In this document: positions 56,501 through 63,794 of the stretch, one piece after another
Position numbering within the stretch: position 1 is the first letter of the stretch
Layout: every line of letters begins with the position of its first letter
Origin: Clostridiales bacterium
GTDB taxonomy: Bacteria; Bacillota; Clostridia; Christensenellales; UBA1242
NCBI GenBank assembly: GCA_015069415.1
Contig: SVIQ01000003.1
Coordinates: 19,300-83,299, forward strand
Reading direction: 5' to 3'
Length of the DNA: 64,000 nucleotides
The notes under the pieces: model-generated
What the model saw: the letters and a program-made list of their open reading frames with translations, nothing else
Databases searched by the model: none
What the model was told of the DNA's origin: nothing
Program-made: the position numbers and the translations under genes

Positions 56501-57218
56501 GGCTACTATGCGCAAAAGAATATTCAATTGTACAATCCTTTTCTGTTGTAACAAATTTACCAACTAAACCAGCAACATTTTTACCTTTAACTTCGCAAAG
56601 TCTAGAATACACACTAGATATATTACTGTTTTCAGCAGTACCAACAATTGCTCCCGCATATTCTCCGTTGCCAGAAATTTTTACATTATATAGTCCTATA
56701 TTTTTTATTGTTGCATTAGACACATAATTAAACAAACCATTCCCTTTGATTTTACCATTCATAATTGAATAATAAGAACCATCAAAAGTTCCTTGGAATG
56801 TAGATTGTTTTACACCATCAACTTCAACCGTTTTACCAATAGAATTTAAACTTTTTCCATTTAAATTTATGTTTGAATTTAGGTAGATTGTGTAATCTTT
56901 AAAATAATCATATTCTTTAGCAACTTCAGCGTCGTTTGTTAAATCCACAAAATGCGCCAATGCACTAGCTGAATTTATAGTAAATACTTTTTCTCCACGA
57001 TTTCCAAAATCATTTCCACTCAAAAAAGTAGTTTTATCTTTTGATCCATCCCAAACGTCAAAAGAGAATGCCAAAGGATTGACATGCGTCTTTGTTTTAG
57101 GATTAGATTTCATTGCAAAATAAATACCAACTACAGTTAAGCACACAAAACAAGTTAAGAGAACAGAAACCCCAACTCTTAAACCAATTTTTACTCGCCT
57201 TTTAGTCATTGCTTTCAT
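50583..57218 (-). CDS. giant N-terminally anchored surface protein: GLUG-like region, about 35 Pmp-type GGAIY repeats (predicted beta-helix), and a C-terminal Listeria-Bacteroides-repeat-like region
   Basis: 2211 aa. Signal-anchor RVGVSVLLTCFVCLTVVGIYFAM. The motif G-G-[AG]-[IVL]-[YF], often preceded by N-x-A/N-N-T, recurs every 20-45 aa from about residue 500 to 1560. No LPXTG and no autotransporter barrel recognised. Confidence 0.8.
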   Translation of the reverse strand: MKAMTKRRVKIGLRVGVSVLLTCFVCLTVVGIYFAMKSNPKTKTHVNPLAFSFDVWDGSKDKTTFLSGNDFGNRGEKVFTINSASALAHFVDLTNDAEVAKEYDYFKDYTIYLNSNINLNGKSLNSIGKTVEVDGVKQSTFQGTFDGSYYSIMNGKIKGNGLFNYVSNATIKNIGLYNVKISGNGEYAGAIVGTAENSNISSVYSRLCEVKGKNVAGLVGKFVTTEKDCTIEYSFAHSSLKGDKNYGLVAKIEGENLLNVSNSYYANENSHKNSANLSLNNVKNISKNKSFNDFEGYTKEWTANDVWCDYTTVEGAEKFDFDFPILTKFNKVFMEGACYIGVVNQEDGTISNEDVSINNAVLNAENDESTEINIIVKQVFLKETIEVSGNKEIVINSDRQTKIVRDISNNDSMIKTGDSSKLILGDENSPKEFILDGNKDLIKANNLLSGAVIENNGQDIVLNGNVVIQNNINNTTKNGGGLSLDFTSSNVNTLMDLDGLKVLNCEAENGGGIYVRKTNSMQPLSSRLSVSYLDRIDEKTESNLILDDVDIVYCYATDFGGGIYYEVENGVVTLTNARIHANQAQYGGGAYVKLGKLLIPENSPTRFGGVDLDGDGTLEFGGFDENYYDQINHDNYARLDGGAIYIDTSAYLELNGGTFIYNVAERSGGAIYSLGNAVITHEVNITNCEAGYYYIYSQNRQQSEYDGCGGAIYFAGESLFIEGGTITNCEASTNGGAMYVTSDASVTIAKLTISNNNALSCGGGIYSDGVVEMRDTSLEGTDTLISSNHAINGGAVYNNAGLFILESGTISNNTAGSAGGAIYSLGTTNMNGGTISNNTAGENGGGIISNGTLNFAGGTISNNTATYHGGGIYSSSTSSFEMTYGDITLNNANEGGGLYISCSEFTISDGTISNNTASSVGGGLYVGSTSEVVGHIQNATIIDNRAGLDPSSQEIQYGSGIGKGGGIFQNGNTTLTLTSVTVNSNTASSYGGGIYVGANTISGICNIEGNTTISNNEATGYTYYQDSTYGYLDEYTQEGNGGGIYVDVHYYTVDNWETGWFDEYYVYGELNLTSATIDGNFADNGGGIYTMNSLTIADGVKLLNNTAENNGGAVFGLVDVTGGEISGNNAQNGAGLYGAFKSIDGGKFKGNHASVSGGAIYSTYFKYDDPFNVQNAEFSYNLAGTSGGAIYCGQLTVENSTIKNNYAGYTYSGTDRYLATNYTYNGEVNSYGGGVYSCDDGYIVIDSGEISYNSAKYGGGIYFEGATLTLNGGLLTENHAEADGGAIFLKENGGWARNSEMVMAGGTISHNTAVNGAGIYSTYKTTLNGGEISYNVAKTSGGGIYAIGNLTIDGEDMKLQHNYAGYLREEQEGGGYSYTIKYNSYGGAIYANTCILIFISGIIDDHKACSQGGAIYLIGSTLNMSGGTISNSYAPTTGAVYLVSSSTMNLSSGTISHNTSVYGGAGIWISSGCSLTMSGGSIEYNENTDGNSGAIQNNGTATLTGGSVSYNSATGSTGRGGAVYNASGAFLSSENVKYVGNYAGGGGAIYSLGTVELTGGEISGNKVKHNGGGVYLASGSSWTSSGVDILNCEASQGAGIYVKDNVDFNFRGKIVNESLAENVYDLYTLSVFEYWDGNYVPKIYLGANAYLKTGSADYINKNITVYKEGYTVAKGYDTSEVTESTSRIVYVTTEMEGVTESHISKVNLVYPTLDLGLSDYYKDDGTFKSIVIIDAFYLDAYDNVENGNLVKFDNETYAHSMYAKKNSGEHKITHTITGDTDFIGWGLKSIDVVSNGWTVNADKTLISCVQNNNTVFEYKIKDTVVQDGVTYYIIDSITNYTATKSLGHNIYAVWAPEIWNVSFTMENGEAGNISTLLAKYGDVIEVGTNTEVYENSKLYLSANILPSQDKYVQTAKVYYSYDEVDWIYYNGYGTTQENVVLAGLFNKPTTFALTRSTENNLYIKVVYTTGWKMSDADGEIKLGLNDIISTDRENYIVDESGNLILPTEGNLNVYVDTNKFSTSTSTLLGFSGNYNGSNIFITKDHTTDGFFKFVSEADGILTYSWDVSSEFDFTAVIKDMKTAHIDMTKLTELGATIMLKSEEGYEKVIDGTDYKLYFGKWEIIFLNYTPTFSDDEFEDIQFVFYAYEYGDGQKDAFAEPDKVVQTVERDLVNQKYYLILEDWFAEDIPVVDGDIVVTVPDEWGDIWNLLG

Positions 57219-57334
57219 ATGATTTTCTCCTCTGAAATAGAATCTTTCAATTATTAGTATACACTAATTTGTCTAAAAATCAAAGAATATGTTGAAATTT
57301 TTGAAAAAAATAAAAATTAATTGTTTGTGTCATA

Positions 57335-57366
57335 AAAAACAAAAAAGCCTTAACAAGTGTTAAGAC
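57335..57366 (-). terminator. rho-independent terminator closing the alpha operon
   Basis: Minus strand reads GTCTTAAC-ACTT-GTTAAGGC followed by TTTTTT. Confidence 0.75.
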
Positions 57367-57383
57367 TTAATTTAATATCGAAT

Positions 57384-57417
57384 TAAATTAATTCAATAAT
57401 AGCCATCTCGGCGTTAT
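57384..57417 (-). repeat. 34-nt duplicate (33/34) of the last 11 codons of rplQ including the stop
   Basis: Matches 57468..57501 with one mismatch. Encodes NAEMAIIELI-stop again, 84 nt downstream of the genuine 3' end. Confidence 0.85.
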
Positions 57418-57466
57418 AAGATAAATTCATATAGTCGCCTCATTGCTCTTATTTGAATTTTAATTG

Positions 57467-57976
57467 CTAAATTAATTCAATAATAGCCATTTCGGCGTTA
57501 TCACCTTTACGGATACCGATTTTGATAATACGAGTGTAACCACCCTTGGTTCCAACTTCTTTAGCACGTGCATCGTACTTTGGAGCGAGAACGTTGAAGA
57601 TTTTTTCAAGTAATGGGTGTTTAATATTATCTATACGAGCAATGTAATCAGCTTTTTTCTCACCAGGCTTACGTTCTTCTTTAACATCATAAACTTTAGC
57701 CATAATTTTTCTACGAGCATTAAGTTTTTTAGGTCCATCGTTCATAACTTCACGAGTAACCTTTTCACCTTTTGCATTAACAGTGTTCTTTTGAACAGTA
57801 ACAACGTCTTCGTAAGAATTAATGGCAAGAGTTAATAATTTTTCAACGTAACTCCTAAGTGACTTTGCTCTTGCAAGTGTAGTTTCGATTTTACCTTTCC
57901 AAAGAAGATCAGTTGCTTGGTTACGCATGATAGCTAATCTTTCTTCAGTAGGACGTCCTAATTGTTTCACTTTCAT
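57467..57976 (-). CDS. rplQ: 50S ribosomal protein L17 (169 aa, with internal insertions)
   Basis: LGRPTEERLAIMRNQ...TLARAKSLRSYVEKLLTLA...GGYTRIIKIG.RKGDNAEMAIIELI. Confidence 0.93.
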   Translation of the reverse strand: MKVKQLGRPTEERLAIMRNQATDLLWKGKIETTLARAKSLRSYVEKLLTLAINSYEDVVTVQKNTVNAKGEKVTREVMNDGPKKLNARRKIMAKVYDVKEERKPGEKKADYIARIDNIKHPLLEKIFNVLAPKYDARAKEVGTKGGYTRIIKIGIRKGDNAEMAIIELI

Positions 57977-57985
57977 ATGTCACTC

Positions 57986-58942
57986 CTAATAATTTTCATT
58001 ACCTTCAAGGACAATACCATAAGATTCAAGTTTTGCGATAACTTCTTCCATAGATTTAGCACCCATGTTACGCACTTTCATCATTTCACCCTTAGTCTTT
58101 TTAGCAAGATCTCCAAGAGTTTCAATACCAGCACGTTTTAAGCAGTTGTAACTACGAACGCTTAATTCCATTTCCTCAATAGGTTTTTCGTATAATTTAG
58201 TTCTCTCGTCTTCTTTTCTAGCAATAAGAATGTTCACTCCGTCCATGCCTTCAACTAACTCAACGAACATTTTAGTGTAATCGTTAAGAAGTTTAGCAGA
58301 CAAAGCAACAACTTCTTTAGCTGTAACAGTGCCACGAGTTTGCACATCAAGCACAAGTTTGTCATAATCAAGACTACGACCAACACGGCTAGATTGAACT
58401 TCAAAGTTCACACGTTTAACAGGTGTAAACAAAGCGTCAATTGCAATATAGTCAACTTCATCAGAGAAATTTTTATTTTGACTTGCAGGAACGAAACCTC
58501 TTCCGCGACCTACATATAAAGTAATGTCTAAATCTGCATCATCATCAAGAGTACAAATGAATTGATCAGGATTAGCAATTGACAACTCATCCTCGCAAAC
58601 GATATCCTTAGCATAAACTGTTGCAGGACCCTTCATTTTGATATGCATAGTACCTTTAAAATCTTCATCTGTTGTGTCAGATTTAACTGCTACAGATTTA
58701 AGATTTAAGATGATGTCTGGAACATCTTCAGCAACACCTTTGATTGTTGAGAACTCATGTAAAACGCCTTTAATTTTAATACCAACGATTGCAACACCTG
58801 GAAGAGAAGATAAAAGTGTTCTTCTAAGCATGTTACCGATTGTGATACCGAAACCTTTTTCTAAAGGTTCAACTGTTAAAGTTGCATGTGCTCCACCCTC
58901 AAGTTCGTCTAAAAGTATTTTTGGTTTTTCGATTTCCATCAT
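57986..58942 (-). CDS. rpoA: DNA-directed RNA polymerase subunit alpha
   Basis: GFGITIGNMLRRTLLSSLPG...ELSVRSYNCLKRAGIETLGDL. Confidence 0.97.
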   Translation of the reverse strand: MMEIEKPKILLDELEGGAHATLTVEPLEKGFGITIGNMLRRTLLSSLPGVAIVGIKIKGVLHEFSTIKGVAEDVPDIILNLKSVAVKSDTTDEDFKGTMHIKMKGPATVYAKDIVCEDELSIANPDQFICTLDDDADLDITLYVGRGRGFVPASQNKNFSDEVDYIAIDALFTPVKRVNFEVQSSRVGRSLDYDKLVLDVQTRGTVTAKEVVALSAKLLNDYTKMFVELVEGMDGVNILIARKEDERTKLYEKPIEEMELSVRSYNCLKRAGIETLGDLAKKTKGEMMKVRNMGAKSMEEVIAKLESYGIVLEGNENY

Positions 58943-58956
58943 ATTAATTTCTCCTA

Positions 58957-59574
58957 TTATCTTGAATAATATTCTACAATTAAGTGCTCTTGAATTCCAA
59001 GGTCAATGTCTTCACGTTCTGGTAAAGCCAAAACTTTTCCAGTAAGTGCGTCAGTGTTAAATTCTAACCACTTAGGAGCATTAACTTTTAAGCCCTTAAG
59101 ACTAGCGAACATTTCAAGACTTTGTTTTTCGTCTTTAACTGCAATCACGTCACCAGCTTTAACTTGGTAAGAAGGGATGTTTACTTTCTTTCCATTTACA
59201 GTAATGTGACCATGGTTAACGATTTGTCTAGCTTCAGCTCTAGAAGTTCCAAGACCCATACGATAAACAACGTTGTCAAGACGAAGTTCAAGCATTTTAA
59301 GTAATGCCCAACCTGTTTGTTCTTTACTCTTTACAGCTTTTTCATAGTAAATTCTGAATTGTTTTTCTAACATACCATAAGCTGTTCTAACTTTATTCTT
59401 TTCACGCAATTGTAAACGATACTCAGAAACTTTCTTTTTATCAGCGCCGTGTTGACCTGGACCAACTGGACGTTTGTCAAAAGAACACTTAGTCAAGCAT
59501 CTTTCGCCTTTCAAGAAAAGTTTGCAACCTTCTCTACGGCATTGCTTACAATCTGGACTAGTATATTTTGCCAT
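58957..59574 (-). CDS. rpsD: 30S ribosomal protein S4
   Basis: MAKYTSPDCKQCRREG...YRLQLREKNK...RLDNVVYRMG. Confidence 0.97.
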   Translation of the reverse strand: MAKYTSPDCKQCRREGCKLFLKGERCLTKCSFDKRPVGPGQHGADKKKVSEYRLQLREKNKVRTAYGMLEKQFRIYYEKAVKSKEQTGWALLKMLELRLDNVVYRMGLGTSRAEARQIVNHGHITVNGKKVNIPSYQVKAGDVIAVKDEKQSLEMFASLKGLKVNAPKWLEFNTDALTGKVLALPEREDIDLGIQEHLIVEYYSR

Positions 59575-59583
59575 TCTTTCCTC

Positions 59584-59973
59584 CTATAATCTTCTCTTCT
59601 TAGGTGGTCTGCATCCGTTGTGCGGAATTGGAGATACATCTTTGATCATTGTTACTTGAAGTCCAGCTGCACCAACTTGTCTAATTGCCGCTTCACGAGC
59701 CACACCTGCACCCTTAACATAAATAGCAACTTTAGAAATGCCGAAGTTTGCAACGTCCTTAAGAGCTTTATCAACTGCTTGTTGAGCTGCGTAAGGTGTT
59801 GTCTTCTTAGCACCACGGTTTCCAAGCTCTCCAGCTGTACCACTTGCTAAAACATTACCTTGACTATCTGTTAAAGATACGATTGTATTGTTAGAGTTAG
59901 CGAAAATATGCACAGCACCTTCGCCATTGCTAACTAATATTTTCTTCTTTCTAGTTTCTTTTTTAGTAGCCAT
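59584..59973 (-). CDS. rpsK: 30S ribosomal protein S11
   Basis: GAVHIFANSNNTIVSLTD..GN...KKTTPYAAQQA...DVSPIPHNGCRPPKKRR. Confidence 0.97.
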   Translation of the reverse strand: MATKKETRKKKILVSNGEGAVHIFANSNNTIVSLTDSQGNVLASGTAGELGNRGAKKTTPYAAQQAVDKALKDVANFGISKVAIYVKGAGVAREAAIRQVGAAGLQVTMIKDVSPIPHNGCRPPKKRRL

Positions 59974-59986
59974 TATTTACTCCTTA

Positions 59987-60355
59987 TTATTTCTTCTTGT
60001 TTGCTATTGTTTTTCTAGGACCTTTGCGAGTACGTGCGTTGTGTCTTGTAGATTGACCACGAACTGGCAAGTTAGCGATATGTCTAAGTCCACGATAGCA
60101 TCTAATTTCTTTAAGTCTCTTAATGTTAAGAGAAACTTCTTTTCTGAGTTCTCCTTCTACTGTAACATTACCTTCGATATATTTACGAATAGCAGCAATG
60201 TCGTTTTCAGTAAGGTCTTTAACTCTAGTGTCAGGATTGATACCTGTTGCTGCCAAGATTTTGTTAGCAGTAACTCTACCAATACCATAAATGTAAGTAA
60301 GTCCTATTTCAACTCTCTTTTCATTAGGTAAGTCCACGCCTGATATACGTGCCAT
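59987..60355 (-). CDS. rpsM: 30S ribosomal protein S13
   Basis: [26 protein letters not shown]... Start at the ATG after GGAGG. Confidence 0.97.
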   Translation of the reverse strand: MARISGVDLPNEKRVEIGLTYIYGIGRVTANKILAATGINPDTRVKDLTENDIAAIRKYIEGNVTVEGELRKEVSLNIKRLKEIRCYRGLRHIANLPVRGQSTRHNARTRKGPRKTIANKKK

Positions 60356-60434
60356 ATATTCCTCCAAAAAATGTATTTTTATTTACTCATGATGCCAAAT
60401 TGCCGCGAGACACCATGCTTGTTTTCAAAATTAA

Positions 60435-60551
60435 TTAACCTTGACGTTGTTTGTGTTTAGCAGACTTTGAGCAAATTACCATAACACGTCCGTTACGTTT
60501 AATGACCTTGCATTTGTCGCACATAGGTTTAACTGATGGTCTAACTTTCAT
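60435..60551 (-). CDS. rpmJ: 50S ribosomal protein L36
   Basis: Not in the ORF track because it is under 60 aa. Minus-strand translation: [38 protein letters not shown]. Confidence 0.93.
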   Translation of the reverse strand: MKVRPSVKPMCDKCKVIKRNGRVMVICSKSAKHKQRQG

Positions 60552-60617
60552 AAATTTCTCCTTTATTTTTTGTGTATTGCTAAAACTTGTTTTTGACAAG
60601 CGACTTTCACATTACAC

Positions 60618-60839
60618 TTAGTTTTTATCTCTCCAAACAATTCGACCCTTTGTCAAATCATAAGGACTCATTTCAACTTTAACCTTGTCCCCAACTAAAA
60701 TTCTAATAAAGTTAGTTCTAAGTTTTCCAGAAATGTAAGCTGTGATAATGTGGTCGTTCATGATTTTAACTTTAAAATTCATGTTGCCTAAAACTTCAAC
60801 AACCTCTCCTTCAGCTTCGATAACGTCATCTTTTGACAT
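60618..60839 (-). CDS. infA: translation initiation factor IF-1
   Basis: [24 protein letters not shown]....H...[30 protein letters not shown]. Confidence 0.97.
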   Translation of the reverse strand: MSKDDVIEAEGEVVEVLGNMNFKVKIMNDHIITAYISGKLRTNFIRILVGDKVKVEMSPYDLTKGRIVWRDKN

Positions 60840-60841
60840 GC

Positions 60842-61111
60842 TTACTCCTTTACTTTAAATTGTTTTAAATAGTTGTAAATTTCCTTGTTTGTAACAGTTA
60901 CTTGAGACACCTTATTAAGTAAGTTGTCATCATGCCCTATTTTTACAAGATGCTTAGGATTTTTACTCTTTGGATTTTCTTTTTTTCGATACTTACCATC
61001 TATTATAGCAAGATATCCATTTTTGTCAATAGAAACTACTATAAAAATGTTATTTTTATCGTGTCCTAAGAGTGATTTTACTATATCTCCTATGACAAAT
61101 TCTGTCTGCAT
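60842..61111 (-). CDS. KOW-motif protein (L14E/L6E/L27E-like) found between map and infA in clostridial-type operons
   Basis: 89 aa with an [25 protein letters not shown]-like segment. Positional conservation. Confidence 0.5.
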   Translation of the reverse strand: MQTEFVIGDIVKSLLGHDKNNIFIVVSIDKNGYLAIIDGKYRKKENPKSKNPKHLVKIGHDDNLLNKVSQVTVTNKEIYNYLKQFKVKE

Positions 61112-61118
61112 ATTACTC

Positions 61119-61865
61119 CTATAAAGTTAAGATTTCAACACCGTCTTTTGTTATCAGAACAGTGTTTTCATAATGAGCACTTGGTAGTCCGTCCTGAGTT
61201 GAAACAGTCCAGTCATTATCTTCCAAGTAAACATTCTTGTTGCCTAAAGTAGACATTGGTTCGATGGCCAAAGTCATACCTTCCTCAAGCACAATTCCTG
61301 AATTGTACTTGCCGTAATTTGGAACCATAGGATCTTCATGTAAATGAGTTCCTATTCCATGTCCCACTAGTTCTCTGACTACTCCATAACCATTCTTTTC
61401 AAGATGAGCTTGAATTCTGTGGCTAATATGTCCAAGTCTTGAACCCGCCTTAATATCTTTTATCCCTTCGAAAAAGGATTGTTTTGTGACTTCAATAAGT
61501 CGTAAATTTTCAGCACTTACATTTCCAACTGGAAAAGTTCGTGCGGCATCAGAATGATACCCTTCCCAAATAACTCCACAATCAATACTGATTATGTCGC
61601 CTTCTTTTAAAGGTTCATCATCACAAAATCCATGCACAACTTGTTCATTTTTACTTGCACAAATCGTGTAAGGAAACCCTTCATAATTTAAGAATGAAGG
61701 TTTACCACCTTGTGAGGTAATATAATCAAACGCAATTTTATTCAAATTGTTAGTCGTTTGACCTGGGAAAACAGAAGACTCAAGGAGGTCAAGAGTATCT
61801 TTCAATATCTTGCCCGCCTTGCGCATTTTGTTTAATTCTTTTTCATTTTTAATAGTTATACTCAT
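61119..61865 (-). CDS. map: type I methionine aminopeptidase
   Basis: VVHGF...IISIDCG....GYHSDAARTF...GHGIG..LHEDP...EPM. Confidence 0.95.
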   Translation of the reverse strand: MSITIKNEKELNKMRKAGKILKDTLDLLESSVFPGQTTNNLNKIAFDYITSQGGKPSFLNYEGFPYTICASKNEQVVHGFCDDEPLKEGDIISIDCGVIWEGYHSDAARTFPVGNVSAENLRLIEVTKQSFFEGIKDIKAGSRLGHISHRIQAHLEKNGYGVVRELVGHGIGTHLHEDPMVPNYGKYNSGIVLEEGMTLAIEPMSTLGNKNVYLEDNDWTVSTQDGLPSAHYENTVLITKDGVEILTL

Positions 61866-62475
61866 TTAATACCTTCAAAACGGCATTTAAAGTTGTATCT
61901 TTATCAATTGATTCAATGTCAACAACTTTAACACCTTGCTTTCTGTATTTTTCGAGCAATGGATATGTTTCTTTTTCGAATGTTGCAAATCTCTTTTCGA
62001 TTGATTCTAATGTGTCGTCCCATCTTTGAACGAGTTTACCAGAACATTCTGGACATACGTCGGTTTTAGCTGTTTCTCTAGTTGTTACAAAGCCACATTT
62101 TTCACAAGTTAATCTATTTAATAATCGTTTCAATGCAATTTCTTTTGACAAATGCAAATGTATCACTAAATCGACTTTTGAAATTTCATTAAACTTGTCA
62201 GCTTGTAATTCGTTTCTTGGGAAACCGTCAAAAATTGCAATTTCTTTTGTTGAAGTTGCTAATTTTTTATTTATAGCAGCCAAAACTGTTTCAATTTCTA
62301 CAAGAACACCATTATTTTGGCATTCTTTAATATGTTTGCCCAACTCAGAACCAGTCATAACTTCGTCTCGAAGTAATTGACCAATTGAAATCAAATCAAA
62401 ATCAATATGCTTTTCAAGTCCTGTAACTAAAGTACCTTTACCACAGCCTTGAATTCCGATAAGAATTATATTCAT
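61849..62475 (-). CDS. adk: adenylate kinase (zinc-lid type)
   Basis: MNIILIGIQGCGKGT, lid CEKCG...CPECSG. Confidence 0.93.
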   Translation of the reverse strand: MNIILIGIQGCGKGTLVTGLEKHIDFDLISIGQLLRDEVMTGSELGKHIKECQNNGVLVEIETVLAAINKKLATSTKEIAIFDGFPRNELQADKFNEISKVDLVIHLHLSKEIALKRLLNRLTCEKCGFVTTRETAKTDVCPECSGKLVQRWDDTLESIEKRFATFEKETYPLLEKYRKQGVKVVDIESIDKDTTLNAVLKVLNEYNY

Positions 62476-62483
62476 TTTTCCCC

Positions 62484-63794
62484 CTATTTCAAAAATCCTC
62501 TATAATTTTTAATCATCAATTGAGCTTCTAATTGTTTGTCAAGTTCAAGAGCAACTGAAACTACGATAAGCATTCCAGTAGCACTAAACGCAGAGTTCAA
62601 AGCTCCTGTTCCGATTGCTGTAAACAACAATGTAGGGATTAAAGCCATGAATGCTAAGAATATAGCTCCAAACAAAGTAACTCTTTTGTTAATTGCTGAT
62701 AAATATTGAGCAGTAGGTTTACCAGGACGAATTCCTGCGATAAATCCACCGTTTTGTTGAATTCTTCTACTGATGTCATCAGTGTCAAATTGCATCATTG
62801 TCCAGAAGTATGCAAATGCTAAGATTAACAATGCCATAAGAACAGCATAAACCCAAGAACCTGCACCTATCCATTTATTCCACCAACCGATAAATCCAGT
62901 TGTAGTGTTTGGCCAGAAAATGCTAAACAACATTTGTGGGAAAGTTAACAATGCGCTTGCAAAGATGATAGGCATAACACCGTTAGCGTTTACTCTAATA
63001 GGAATATTAGAAGCTTGTCCGCCATACATTTTACGTCCTTTCATTTGTTTTGCATATTGAACTGTTACACGACGTTCACCGCCGTCAACAAATACAACAA
63101 GAGCGAAGATTGCAACCAAAATAATTGCGAATAGGATGAATTGCCAAATAGCAGTTTGAGCTGTTTCTCCACCTTTACCGATTCCAGTAAAGTTGTTCAT
63201 AATTCCAGTTCCAGCACTAGATAAGATACCAACAAAGATGAGTAAAGACATTCCGTTTCCTACACCAATTTCAGTAATCTTTTCTCCGAGCCAAACTGTA
63301 ACCATAGCACCAGACACCAACATTAAAACGATAAATGCATAACATAAGAATTCATTTCCACCGAACACGCTCAAATGAGTGCTTCCTGCAGTACCGAATC
63401 CAACAGCAATACCGATAGATTGAGCTAATGCAATAATTAAAGCTGCTATTTTTGTGTAATTACTAATTTTCTTTCTACCGTCTGCGCCACCTTCTTTAGC
63501 AAGAACTTGCCAGCTAGGAATAACTGCAGACAATAATTGAATAATAATAGATGAAGTGATATATGGAGAGACACCAAGCGCTAAAAACGCACCTTGTGCC
63601 AATGCTCCACCACTTACCGAACTGAGTAAGTTAAGGAAAGTGTTACCTTCAACCTTAACACCCAAAGCCTCAGCATCAATACCTGGAATAGGTAACCAAC
63701 AGCCAAGACGATAAACGAAGAGTAAGACCAAAGTTAAAAGAATTTTGTTTCTTACTTCTTTAATTTTAAAAGCGTCAGCTAATGTCTTAAACAT
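62484..63794 (-). CDS. secY: preprotein translocase subunit SecY
   Basis: 436 aa, 10 TM, GVSPYITSSIIIQLL and GGFIAGIRPGKPT motifs. Confidence 0.96.
   Translation of the reverse strand: MFKTLADAFKIKEVRNKILLTLVLLFVYRLGCWLPIPGIDAEALGVKVEGNTFLNLLSSVSGGALAQGAFLALGVSPYITSSIIIQLLSAVIPSWQVLAKEGGADGRKKISNYTKIAALIIALAQSIGIAVGFGTAGSTHLSVFGGNEFLCYAFIVLMLVSGAMVTVWLGEKITEIGVGNGMSLLIFVGILSSAGTGIMNNFTGIGKGGETAQTAIWQFILFAIILVAIFALVVFVDGGERRVTVQYAKQMKGRKMYGGQASNIPIRVNANGVMPIIFASALLTFPQMLFSIFWPNTTTGFIGWWNKWIGAGSWVYAVLMALLILAFAYFWTMMQFDTDDISRRIQQNGGFIAGIRPGKPTAQYLSAINKRVTLFGAIFLAFMALIPTLLFTAIGTGALNSAFSATGMLIVVSVALELDKQLEAQLMIKNYRGFLK

Noticed and set aside
58638-60331. Plus-strand ORFs of 60-147 aa antisense to rpoA, rpsD, rpsK and rpsM.
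   Set aside because: They are shadow ORFs within conserved ribosomal and RNAP genes, with Ser/Leu/Phe-rich low-complexity translations and no start context.
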